From assembly GCA_963796105.1 (NCBI GenBank), contig CAWCKJ010000008.1:138330-202329 (forward strand): a stretch of 64,000 bases of DNA, read 5' to 3'. The DNA comes from a candidate division FCPU426 bacterium. Its GTDB lineage: Bacteria > Oederibacteriota > Muellerivitia > Muellerivitales > Muellerivitaceae. The position numbers were made by a program, and so were the translations under genes. The notes below the pieces were generated by a model. That model was given only the letters and a program-made list of their open reading frames with translations, was not told the DNA's origin and made no database searches. Positions 55,745 through 63,813 of the stretch are shown piece after piece (position 1 is the stretch's first letter; each line of letters starts with the position of its first letter).

Positions 55745-55981
55745 ATGAAGAAAATCAAAAATCGCTTGGGCGATGGCAAGGGGTTTAAGAGCGTTCTGAC
55801 TTCGAACGTGCTTTTGTTTTCTTTTTTTGTGGCGCTCATTTTTGTAATTGATGCAATGGAAAAATTTAGCAGCGTTTCAAAATTTATCGCTTCGATTGTT
55901 TTGCTTCTCTTTTTTATTTTTCTTTCGTATTTAATTGGGAAAAAAATTGATAAAGGGGTCAAGGCGAAGTCTCGTGGGTAG
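55745..55981 (+). CDS. Small 2-TM protein, candidate RHS immunity 1
   Basis: Starts 21 bp after the rhs stop; AT-rich; two hydrophobic helices. Confidence 0.6.
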   Translation: MKKIKNRLGDGKGFKSVLTSNVLLFSFFVALIFVIDAMEKFSSVSKFIASIVLLLFFIFLSYLIGKKIDKGVKAKSRG

Positions 55982-56213
55982 GACGGGAAAGAAGAGTCCA
56001 GCTTTGGTGATTTTCAATTCGTATGTGACGGCTGCTCTTTTTTTTATGGTTTTGATTTTTGTGTTCGACCGCTTCCAAGGCATGAGTGCTTTGGGAAGAA
56101 TTGTGTTTTTTGTGATTTCTTTTTTGGCCGTCCTTTTCGGTTGGAGGGTTTTTGAGAAGACGAAGAAGTTGAAATCTGGAAGGGCTAGGGCTCGAAATCC
56201 ACGGCGCGGATGA
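55974..56213 (+). CDS. Small 2-TM protein, candidate RHS immunity 2 (paralog of 1)
   Basis: GTG start overlaps the previous stop; FFMVLIFVFD vs FFVALIFVID. Confidence 0.55.
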   Translation: MGRTGKKSPALVIFNSYVTAALFFMVLIFVFDRFQGMSALGRIVFFVISFLAVLFGWRVFEKTKKLKSGRARARNPRRG

Positions 56214-56511
56214 CGGCCTCCTGCCCTATGAAATGATGTTTCGGCTCGGGGGCTAGGCGGGATTGGCCCTCGTGGATTTCCCCGACGACACAGGCGACCA
56301 CGTAGAGGCCCCCGTAGTCGAAGATAGCCAGGACAAACCAACCGTATTCGTTCTCGACCTCCCCTACCTGGGCTGTGTAGCTCCCGCCGTTGCGGCTGTA
56401 CTCCAAACAAAAAATCCGGCGTTCACTCGGGAGCTTGGGAAAGCTCTGGCGTAATACCTGGTAGGACTCCTCGGCCAGGTCGGGCGGCGCTCCGGGCATG
56501 AAAAACTTCAA
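56185..56511 (-). CDS. Hypothetical protein coupled to the XRE gene
   Basis: 108-aa ORF; start overlaps the XRE stop by 4 nt. Confidence 0.6.
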   Translation of the reverse strand: MKFFMPGAPPDLAEESYQVLRQSFPKLPSERRIFCLEYSRNGGSYTAQVGEVENEYGWFVLAIFDYGGLYVVACVVGEIHEGQSRLAPEPKHHFIGQEAVIRAVDFEP

Positions 56512-56915
56512 GACTGGCCCTTGTGGGCTTTGAGGAAGGTGTCCAGGTATTGGGCGATTTGTTTCCGTTGGGCGGCTGGTAGCTTTTCAATTTCCGCGAT
56601 GCGACGGCGCAACCTTGTGTCCCTGCCTTTGACTTCCTTGACCTTCTCGATTCCCAATAACTGATCGGTAGTCACTCCCAGTACCTTGGCGAAGATGGGC
56701 AAGACATGGGTGGGCGGGTGGTGGTGCGTTTCGTAGTAGGCGATCATGCGGTTGGAAATGCCGGTTTCGTCGGCCAGGGTGTATTGGGAATGGCCCGCCG
56801 CTTTGCGGAGCCGGGCGAGGCGTTTGCCGAAGGATTCGGAACCTGGGAGAGCGGGCACTTTGACGCGGGGCAAGGGTTGCTCCTGGGAGTGGTTTTGAGG
56901 GGAATTGTAGGTCAT
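56508..56915 (-). CDS. XRE-family HTH transcriptional regulator
   Basis: FGKRLARLRKAAGHSQYTLA..TGIS..MIAYYE...LGVTTDQLLG; AGGAG before ATG 56915. Confidence 0.92.
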   Translation of the reverse strand: MTYNSPQNHSQEQPLPRVKVPALPGSESFGKRLARLRKAAGHSQYTLADETGISNRMIAYYETHHHPPTHVLPIFAKVLGVTTDQLLGIEKVKEVKGRDTRLRRRIAEIEKLPAAQRKQIAQYLDTFLKAHKGQS

Positions 56916-57053
56916 GAAGCTCCTTTTCATTGGGTGATTGACAAAATGATGCACCTAATGTATTACTCTTGAACAGAAGAAAAAAGGGGATTCGGGCCAC
57001 GAGGCCCTTGACAAGTTTTTTGGGGGGCGGATTTGAGCTACAAACAGAACAGG

Positions 57054-59285
57054 ATGAAGATGGCCACCCCGCCCAATGCCAAGACCGCCCCGGAGGTACA
57101 GCGCCAAAGGCTCTTGAACCGGGTGGCCGCCCTGTACCACCAGAGCTTTGAGGAAGACCCCAAGGGCCGGGACTACCTGGCCCAGGTGGGCTTGAAGGAA
57201 ACTTCCGTCCTGGACGGTTTCCAAACGGGGTGGGTAAATGGTTCCTTGCTTGCCACGATCCCGGAAGAATCCGAATTGACCGAACACTTGAAGGCCCTGG
57301 GGCTCATGGACGAACAGGCCCAGGAAGTGTTGGCGGGTTGCGTGGTGTTCCCGTGGTTTGCCGAGTCGGGCGACTGCGCGGGACTGTACGGCCTCAAGGC
57401 CGGAAGCGGTGAGGGCGTGTTGGTGCCCGGAGCGGCGTCGGGCGTTTGGAATTGGCAAGCCTTGAAGCGTGGCCGCTCGGTGATTTTGACTTCCTCCATC
57501 CTGGACGCCCTTTTACTTTCCCAGGCCGGTTTCAAGGAAGTGCTTTGGACGCAGGGCGACGAGGGGTTATCCCAAGACCACTTGCGGCTGTTTCAACAAC
57601 ACGGACTCAAAGAAGCTTACGTCACTTTTTCCAGCCCCTACATCATGGCCCAACTCAAGGAAGAGGAAGTCACGGCCTACCCCGTGAAGCTCCCACCCTT
57701 GCCGGTGGAACCTTCCGTTATCGAGTGGGCCTTGAAGGAAGCCAACGGCCAGACGCCCATCCGATCCGAGGAAGTGAAGAAGCGGGAACCGTCGGGCCTT
57801 GAGAGGAACGAATCCGGTTTTTCCATCCAGTACGGGGAGAGGCGCTACGAGGTCAAGGGCGTGGAGAAGTCCAAGACCAAGTTGAAAGTCACGGTGAAGG
57901 CTTTCTGCGCGGACATGCCCAAACGGTTCTACCTGGACAGCGTGGACTTGTATTCGCACCGGGGCCGGGTGTTGTTCGCCAAGGCTTGCGGCGTTTGTTT
58001 CGCGCAGGATGAGGGGCTCATCCAGGAAGACCTGGGGAAGCTCATCGAGACGGCGGAAAAGTTCGAGCCGGAGGACGCGCCGAAGGTTCCAGCCTTCACC
58101 ATGACCAAGGAGCAGGAGCGGGAGGCCTTGGGCTTCCTGAAAGACCCCCGGTTGCTTGACCGAATCCTGGAAGATTTCGAGGCTTGCGGGTTGACGGGGG
58201 AGGAAGCCAACAAGCTCATGGGGTATTTGTGCGCGGTGTCCCGGAAGCTGGACGACCCCTTGAGCATGTTGGTTCAATCAAGATCGGCGGCGGGAAAGTC
58301 TTCCCTGCAAGACGCGGTTTTGCGGTTCGTGCCCAGGGAGGACTACGAGAAATATACCCGGCTGACCGGACAGGCCCTTTTCTACAAGGCCGAGGGCGGT
58401 TTGTGCCACAAGCTTTTAGCCATCGAGGAAGAAGGGGGAATGCGGGAAGCGGGGTACTCCATCCGAAACCTGCAAAGCTCCAAGGCCCTTTCGATTGCCA
58501 CGACCGGGAAAGACCCGGTAACGGGGAAGCTCCGTACCGCCGAGTACCAGGTCAAGGGGCCGGTGTCCCTGATGCTCACGACCACGGCGGTGGATATGGA
58601 CTACGAAACCCAAAACCGGTTTATCACCCTGACCATTGACGAGTCCAAGGAAATGACCGAGCGAATACTTGAGAACCAGAGGGCCTTGGAAACCCTGGAA
58701 GGCATCAAGAAACGGCGGGAACAGGAACGGATAGCGGCCAAGCACCAGAACGCCCAAAGGCTCTTGAAGCCCTTGGCCGTGGTGAACCCCTACGCCCCGA
58801 AGCTGACCTTCCCGGCCAGCAGTTTGAGGGCTAGGCGCGACCACAAGAAATATCTTGGAATCATCAAGGCCATTGCCTTCCTGCACCAGTACCAGAGGGA
58901 GGTCAAGACCTACACCCTAGAGGGGGAAACCCTGCCCTATATCGAGGTGGAGCCGGGGGATATTGAGAAGGCCAACCGCTTGGCCGGGGAAATCCTGGGG
59001 CAGACGGTGGGGGAGCTATCAGCCCCCAGCCGGGCCTTGTTGGGGACCATCCGGGACATGGCAAAGGGGAAGGGCAAGGCCTACCGGTTCACCCGGCGGG
59101 ATATCCGGGAGTTTTCGGGGTGGAGCGATTTCCAGGTGAAGACCCATATCCAGGAGCTTACCGACCTGGAATACCTCTACTCGGTGACGGGGAAGAAGGG
59201 CAAGGAGTACGTGTACGAGCTAACAGCCCCGGAGGATGAAAAGCCCATCCTGGCCGGGTTGACGAAGGTGGAGGCTCTAGCTTAA
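57054..59285 (+). CDS. Primase-like protein: degenerate Toprim region, P-loop ATPase, C-terminal winged helix; no N-terminal CHC2 Zn finger
   Basis: YH..F......RDYL, GCVVFP, GVWNWQAL, Walker A SRSAAGKSS, Walker B LAIEEE, FTRRDIREFSGWS. Confidence 0.8.
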   Translation: MKMATPPNAKTAPEVQRQRLLNRVAALYHQSFEEDPKGRDYLAQVGLKETSVLDGFQTGWVNGSLLATIPEESELTEHLKALGLMDEQAQEVLAGCVVFPWFAESGDCAGLYGLKAGSGEGVLVPGAASGVWNWQALKRGRSVILTSSILDALLLSQAGFKEVLWTQGDEGLSQDHLRLFQQHGLKEAYVTFSSPYIMAQLKEEEVTAYPVKLPPLPVEPSVIEWALKEANGQTPIRSEEVKKREPSGLERNESGFSIQYGERRYEVKGVEKSKTKLKVTVKAFCADMPKRFYLDSVDLYSHRGRVLFAKACGVCFAQDEGLIQEDLGKLIETAEKFEPEDAPKVPAFTMTKEQEREALGFLKDPRLLDRILEDFEACGLTGEEANKLMGYLCAVSRKLDDPLSMLVQSRSAAGKSSLQDAVLRFVPREDYEKYTRLTGQALFYKAEGGLCHKLLAIEEEGGMREAGYSIRNLQSSKALSIATTGKDPVTGKLRTAEYQVKGPVSLMLTTTAVDMDYETQNRFITLTIDESKEMTERILENQRALETLEGIKKRREQERIAAKHQNAQRLLKPLAVVNPYAPKLTFPASSLRARRDHKKYLGIIKAIAFLHQYQREVKTYTLEGETLPYIEVEPGDIEKANRLAGEILGQTVGELSAPSRALLGTIRDMAKGKGKAYRFTRRDIREFSGWSDFQVKTHIQELTDLEYLYSVTGKKGKEYVYELTAPEDEKPILAGLTKVEALA

Positions 59286-59344
59286 TCCCATTAAGCCATG
59301 AAGGGGGCCAAAACCCTTGTGGGGTCAGCAGATCGGAGAAGGTG

Positions 59345-60291
59345 TCGTGCCCGACCCCGGCCCCAACAGTATCAAAAACGGTTGATCCAGGTTGACGGAA
59401 CCCCTGGGGGGGGGCGGAAAAACTTTAGTCCACTAAAGTCTTTTTGGCGGAATTTTGAGCCTGAAATAACGGTTTTTGAAATTGTGCGACGGCGAACCCA
59501 GCTATCAACGCATCAAGAAACTGGTGGGGAAATAGTTCCGAGCCATGGAACTAAAATGTCCGACAGTAGGACATGAAAATCCAGGTTTTACCGGGGTAAT
59601 TGGCTGACTTCTGGAAAAAGCTATGGCGAACCCCCCTATCCGAGCATCAAGGTTGGGTGGTGGATTGGGTATGGTTGGTTTGGTGGTGGTAATGGGGTTG
59701 AGTAGGTGGCCTGGTTTGGTTCAATTCATTTGAACTGGAAAAGTAAGTTTGAGTTAGTAAATTTGCGGATTTTTGGAAAGAGCGATGGCGAACCCCCCTT
59801 GATCTGCATCAGGGTAGGGTAGGTGAGAGAGGTAGAGCTAAAGGTAAAACGGGTTTACACGGAACTTGAATCTGATTAAAGCGAAATTGCAGATTTTTTC
59901 ATTGGTTTTATTGAGTTTCATTGAGACAGCGACGGCAGACCCCACCCCCTCAGTAGCAATTTTTGTTCATGGTTTGGGGTGTGTGGGTGAGGTGAGTAGC
60001 GCGGGCGGTTGAGGTGGCTGACTAGGTGACTTGGAGGGTACTTGGAGGTCACTTGGTGGCGAGGCAAGGCAACGGCTAAGCCCTGTGAACATGCGGGGTC
60101 TTGAGTGATTGAGGGCCACTTGGTGGCTTGGCGCGAGAAGGTCTTATACCCCCCCCTGGGGTGAGGTTGTCATACCTGGAAGTGTTCCCCCCGTAAGTAT
60201 CGGCGTGCGTTGATACTTTATTTTCCTAAAACCGTTATGCCCAAAGGCGTTTAGCAAAAAGCCTGCGCCCGACCCATCTCACTCCGCATCA
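59345..60291 (+). repeat. Dispersed array of ~30-bp bipartite repeats GCGAYGGCGAACCC-N10-GCATCA
   Basis: Copies start at 59486, 59620, 59782, 59929; more degenerate at 59345 and 60262; possibly 60069. Confidence 0.75.
60029..60126 (+). repeat. ACTTGG(A/T)GG direct repeats at 11-bp period (iteron-like or arm-site-like)
   Basis: 60029, 60040, 60051, plus 60118; motif recurs at 63649-63675. Confidence 0.75.
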
Positions 60292-60386
60292 GTGTCGATC
60301 GACACTCAGTTTGAATCCCCCCGTTACCTTGCCCCGTAGCAGAGCTATGGGGTGGGGAGGGAATCTTTTTGTCCAAGGGAGGCCGT

Positions 60387-61376
60387 ATGGAAGCAGGTTT
60401 TGATGAAGAGTTGAAGGACTTCGTGAGGTGCATGGGGGCCAAGGGCTACAAGCCCGAAACCCAAGCGGATTACGCCGGGAACGTGGCCCATTTCTTCGAG
60501 TGGTTGGAGGGGAAGGGCATCCGGGACGTGCGGAGGGTGGGGAAAGACACCCTGCAAGCCTACGTCCTGCACCTGGGGACGGCGAAAGGCAAGAAGGGAG
60601 GCCCCATTGGGTATGCCTCGGTTTGCGCCCGGATACGGGGGGTCAAGAGGTTCTTTGAATGGCTGGAATCGGTCCAAAGGATTCTCATCAACCCGGCGGA
60701 GGCGATCCGGGAACCCAAGCGGCCCAGCCGCCTACCCCGGTTTGTGTTGAGCCAGGAGGAAGTGGAGTGGTTGTTGGCGGTGCCCGACATCATGACCCCG
60801 ATGGGCATCCGTTCAAGGGCCATCCTGGAAGTCTTCTATTCGACGGGTATCCGCCTGGGGGAAATGATGGCCTTGAAGGTGGAGGACATCAACCTGGACG
60901 AGGGGCTTTTGAGGGTGAACGAGGGCAAGGGACCCAAAGACCGGGTGGTGCCTTTGGGGGAGATGGCAAAGTCATTCCTCAAGCAATACATGGCCGAGGT
61001 CAGGCCCCAGCTTGTCCGGCAGGGTGACAGCCGGGGCCGTTTGTGGATGAGCAATCTTGGAACGCCCTTGAGCCGGGTGGCGGTGGGGCTCATGGTGAGG
61101 CTGGCCGGGCGGGAAGCGGGGATTGAAAAGCCTATTTCGCCCCACACGCTACGGCATACCTTCGCCACCCACATGGTCAAGAACGGGGCGGACGTGATCC
61201 TGGTTTCCCAACTCCTGGGGCATTCGGATTTGAGGGTGACCCAGCTTTACGTGAAGGTGGCCGGGGTGGACGTGAAGAAGGCCCACCAGGAGACGCACCC
61301 GAGGGAGAAAGACCCGGTGGAAAAGGAGCAGGTGGAGCCCTTCATCCTTTGGAAGCGGGGGGCGGCCCATGCTTGA
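60387..61376 (+). CDS. Tyrosine recombinase 1 (XerC/D-like)
   Basis: TGIR, GKG, HTLRHTFATH, LLGH, TQLY; SAM-like N-domain. Confidence 0.95.
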   Translation: MEAGFDEELKDFVRCMGAKGYKPETQADYAGNVAHFFEWLEGKGIRDVRRVGKDTLQAYVLHLGTAKGKKGGPIGYASVCARIRGVKRFFEWLESVQRILINPAEAIREPKRPSRLPRFVLSQEEVEWLLAVPDIMTPMGIRSRAILEVFYSTGIRLGEMMALKVEDINLDEGLLRVNEGKGPKDRVVPLGEMAKSFLKQYMAEVRPQLVRQGDSRGRLWMSNLGTPLSRVAVGLMVRLAGREAGIEKPISPHTLRHTFATHMVKNGADVILVSQLLGHSDLRVTQLYVKVAGVDVKKAHQETHPREKDPVEKEQVEPFILWKRGAAHA

Positions 61377-62298
61377 CCTGGACGCCTACGGGGAAAAGTA
61401 CCTGGAACGCCTACAGGTCTTAAACTACGCCAAGAGAACCGTCGAGGAAAGGCGTTTCCACCTGTTCAAGTTCTTCCGGTTCCTGGGGGTGATGGGGGTT
61501 TCCGACATTGCGGCGGTGACCCGTGACTTGGTGGGGGACTATCAGGCCCACTTGCACGAGGAAACCAACGACAAGGGGGAACCCAATGGGGTAGCGACCC
61601 AAAACAACACCTTGAGGGTGACCAAGCTGTTCTTCCGGTTCCTGAAAAACGAGGACTACTTGGCGCAAGACCCGAGCCGGGACGTGTCCTACGCCAAGGC
61701 CCCGAAACGGCTTCCCCGATCCATCCTGACCCGCAAGGAAGTGACGAAGCTCTTGCGGGCACCGGACACCCATTCCCTCATGGGATACCGTGACCGGGCC
61801 ATGCTGGAAGTCTTCTATTCGACGGGCTTGAGGAATTCCGAGCTAGGGGCCTTGAGGGTGGATGACATGGACACGGACGAGGGCTTTGTGAGGGTGAACC
61901 AGGGCAAGGGTGGGAAAGACCGGGTTGTGCCCATGGGGAAGATTGCCAGCCGGTACGTGGAGAACTACGTCAAGGCGGTGAGGCCCCACTTGGTGAAGGG
62001 CCAGGACAACCGTTGCTTGTTCCTGTCGCTTCAAGGCTACCAGATGGCGCGGGCGGTGATCGCCTCGATTGTCCGCAAGTACGCCAAGAAAGCGAAGCTG
62101 GGGAAGACGGTGACGGCCCACAGCCTACGGCATACCTGCGCGACCCAGATGATGAGGAACAAGGCCAACTTGCGGCACATCCAGGAGCTATTGGGCCATG
62201 CCTGTTTGACCACCACACAGGTTTACACGTCAGTGACGATTGCCGACTTGAAGGAAGCACACCAGAAATATCATCCAAGAGAAAGGGAAAGGGTATAA
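61369..62298 (+). CDS. Tyrosine recombinase 2 (XerC/D-like)
   Basis: TGLR, GKG, HSLRHTCAT, LLGH, TQVY; overlaps recombinase 1 by 8 nt. Confidence 0.95.
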   Translation: MLDLDAYGEKYLERLQVLNYAKRTVEERRFHLFKFFRFLGVMGVSDIAAVTRDLVGDYQAHLHEETNDKGEPNGVATQNNTLRVTKLFFRFLKNEDYLAQDPSRDVSYAKAPKRLPRSILTRKEVTKLLRAPDTHSLMGYRDRAMLEVFYSTGLRNSELGALRVDDMDTDEGFVRVNQGKGGKDRVVPMGKIASRYVENYVKAVRPHLVKGQDNRCLFLSLQGYQMARAVIASIVRKYAKKAKLGKTVTAHSLRHTCATQMMRNKANLRHIQELLGHACLTTTQVYTSVTIADLKEAHQKYHPRERERV

Positions 62299-62302
62299 AA
62301 CG

Positions 62303-62351
62303 AGGCAGAAGATTGACCCTCATGGGGTGGATCTTCTGCCTTTTGTTTTTT
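62303..62351 (+). terminator. Intrinsic terminator after the recombinases
   Basis: AGGCAGAAGAT...ATCTTCTGCCT stem followed by a T-tract. Confidence 0.85.
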
Positions 62352-62377
62352 CAGGCAAAGGGTTTTTGAGGTGGTTT

Positions 62378-62386
62378 TGGTACAAT
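62378..62386 (+). promoter_or_regulatory. Extended -10 promoter for hicBA
   Basis: TG-G-TACAAT, 28 bp before the hicB ATG. Confidence 0.55.
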
Positions 62387-62414
62387 GAATTAAGGCTAAA
62401 AAAGGGGGCAGGTC

Positions 62415-62660
62415 ATGAGTGAAGCGGTTCTCAAATTGCATATCGAGACATTGAAAGAAGGCGGATACTTGGCGACGAGTGACGCCCTTCCCGGGTTGGT
62501 GGCACAGGGCCGAACCATCGGGGAGACGTTGGAGATCGCCCAGGATGTGGCACGCAAGCTGGTGGAGTCCTACGTCCAACACAAAGACCCCCTTCCTGCC
62601 GGGTTGAAAGAGGTGCAGAAGAAGGGATTGGATATTAATATTCCCGTCGGCCTTCCCTGA
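62415..62660 (+). CDS. hicB: HicB-family antitoxin (short form)
   Basis: EGGYLATSDALPGLVAQGRTIGETLEIAQDV. Confidence 0.9.
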   Translation: MSEAVLKLHIETLKEGGYLATSDALPGLVAQGRTIGETLEIAQDVARKLVESYVQHKDPLPAGLKEVQKKGLDINIPVGLP

Positions 62661-62884
62661 TGGGGCGGTTGAGCGGTTTCCGTTACCGCGATGTGGCCGC
62701 CAAATTGAGAAAGGCCGGGTTTGAGTTTGACCGGCAAGCCAAGGGAAGCCATGAAATCTGGTGGAACCCAACGACCAGGGCGAGAACGACGCTGGTCAAC
62801 CATCCGGGAGACGTGCCGGAAGGGACGTTGAGGGCTATTTTGAAACAAGCCGAAATCAGTCCCGAAGAATTCATGAGGCTTTAA
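62660..62884 (+). CDS. hicA: HicA-family toxin
   Basis: LRKAGF...RQAKGSHEIW, HPGDVPEGTLRAILKQA. Confidence 0.92.
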   Translation: MGRLSGFRYRDVAAKLRKAGFEFDRQAKGSHEIWWNPTTRARTTLVNHPGDVPEGTLRAILKQAEISPEEFMRL

Positions 62885-62886
62885 AA

Positions 62887-63123
62887 ATGAAACGCCCGGC
62901 TAAGAAAAAAGTTCCAAGAATTTACGCCGTTGGAGAAAAAGTGGTTGTGATAGACAGCGGCGCGGAAGGCGTTGTTAAAGGTTGGACTGAATCCGGGCAA
63001 TACGTGTTGAAGATGAAGAATGGAAGCCAAGTGACGAAAAGCGTCGACGAGTTACGGCCTGCATTTCCCAAAGGCGAAGTCGTTCACTTGCCGCCGAGAC
63101 CGAAACCCCCACTTTATCCCTAA
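62887..63123 (+). CDS. Small SH3/KOW-like hypothetical protein
   Basis: YAVGEKVVV...GVV......YVL......V....ELRP; starts 2 bp after the hicA stop. Confidence 0.6.
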   Translation: MKRPAKKKVPRIYAVGEKVVVIDSGAEGVVKGWTESGQYVLKMKNGSQVTKSVDELRPAFPKGEVVHLPPRPKPPLYP

Positions 63124-63184
63124 ACAAACAACCTAAGACGATCAGCCAAGGCAAGGAGCAAAGGCAGTGCCGCCCCTCCCCCGC

Positions 63185-63792
63185 CTTGGTTTCCCCCTTT
63201 GGAATCCCTCTTCCGAGGCGCCCCCTCAGCAAGGAATGGCCAAAGGGGGAAACCCATCCCCACTACGGCGAGAAAGGCAAAGTGGTTCTCGCCTACGTGG
63301 TCCCTGGGGGAGTGGCGCAAACCCTCCGTGGTTTGCCCTTCGGGTCACAGCCTTTGACAATGTTCATCCTGCCCCCCACACCTTGGCCTAAGAGCGGCCG
63401 CGGTGGCCCCCGGTGGCCGTCAGGCGATTGCCTGCCGGCCTAGGGGCTAGGCTGTAGGTGGCCGGGGATTTCAGGCCGGGCAAAGAACGGCGTATCTCGT
63501 TTTGCCCGGCACTGAAAGCCCCGGTCTTGGGTCATTGTTCCCCCGCCCACCCTTGCCACAAAGCCGCCTCCGCTTCGGTTCGCTTCGGCAGATTTGTGGC
63601 CCCGTCCGCCCCTGTGGGGCTCCCAAATTGAAGCTGGCCAAGAAGAAAACTTGGTGGGTTGGTGGTGCTTGGAGGGGTAATATATATACCTATATGCTTA
63701 TGACACTCGAAAAAAACCGTGCGGAATTTTGGGGCCTTGAAGAGGCTGAATCGTCCGAAAGCGAGAAGCCGCAAGGCTTTTCGGTGTCATGG
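63185..63792. other. Hairpin-dense non-coding region (structured RNA or ssDNA)
   Basis: Perfect 15-bp IR 63188-63202/63240-63254; further stems at about 63260-63300, 63317-63336, 63460-63526, 63556-63600 and 63700-63790. Confidence 0.7.
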
Positions 63793-63813
63793 GGAAAAAT
63801 GTATTGGAGCACC

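Larger units (their letters stand above)
56185..63800. mobile_element. Putative integrative element: XRE, primase-like ATPase, two tyrosine recombinases, hicBA; lies between rhs core copies (boundaries approximate)
   Basis: Gene content and a visibly GC-rich core; no terminal att repeat identified. Confidence 0.75.

Noticed and set aside
59298..59576. 92-aa ORF
   Set aside because: No recognisable motif or clear RBS; overlaps the repeat array
63676..63710. dif-like site or att core TTATGACA shared with 54699
   Set aside because: Only TTATG matches the XerD arm, there is no XerC arm, and the 8-mer also occurs near 17000, so chance is likely
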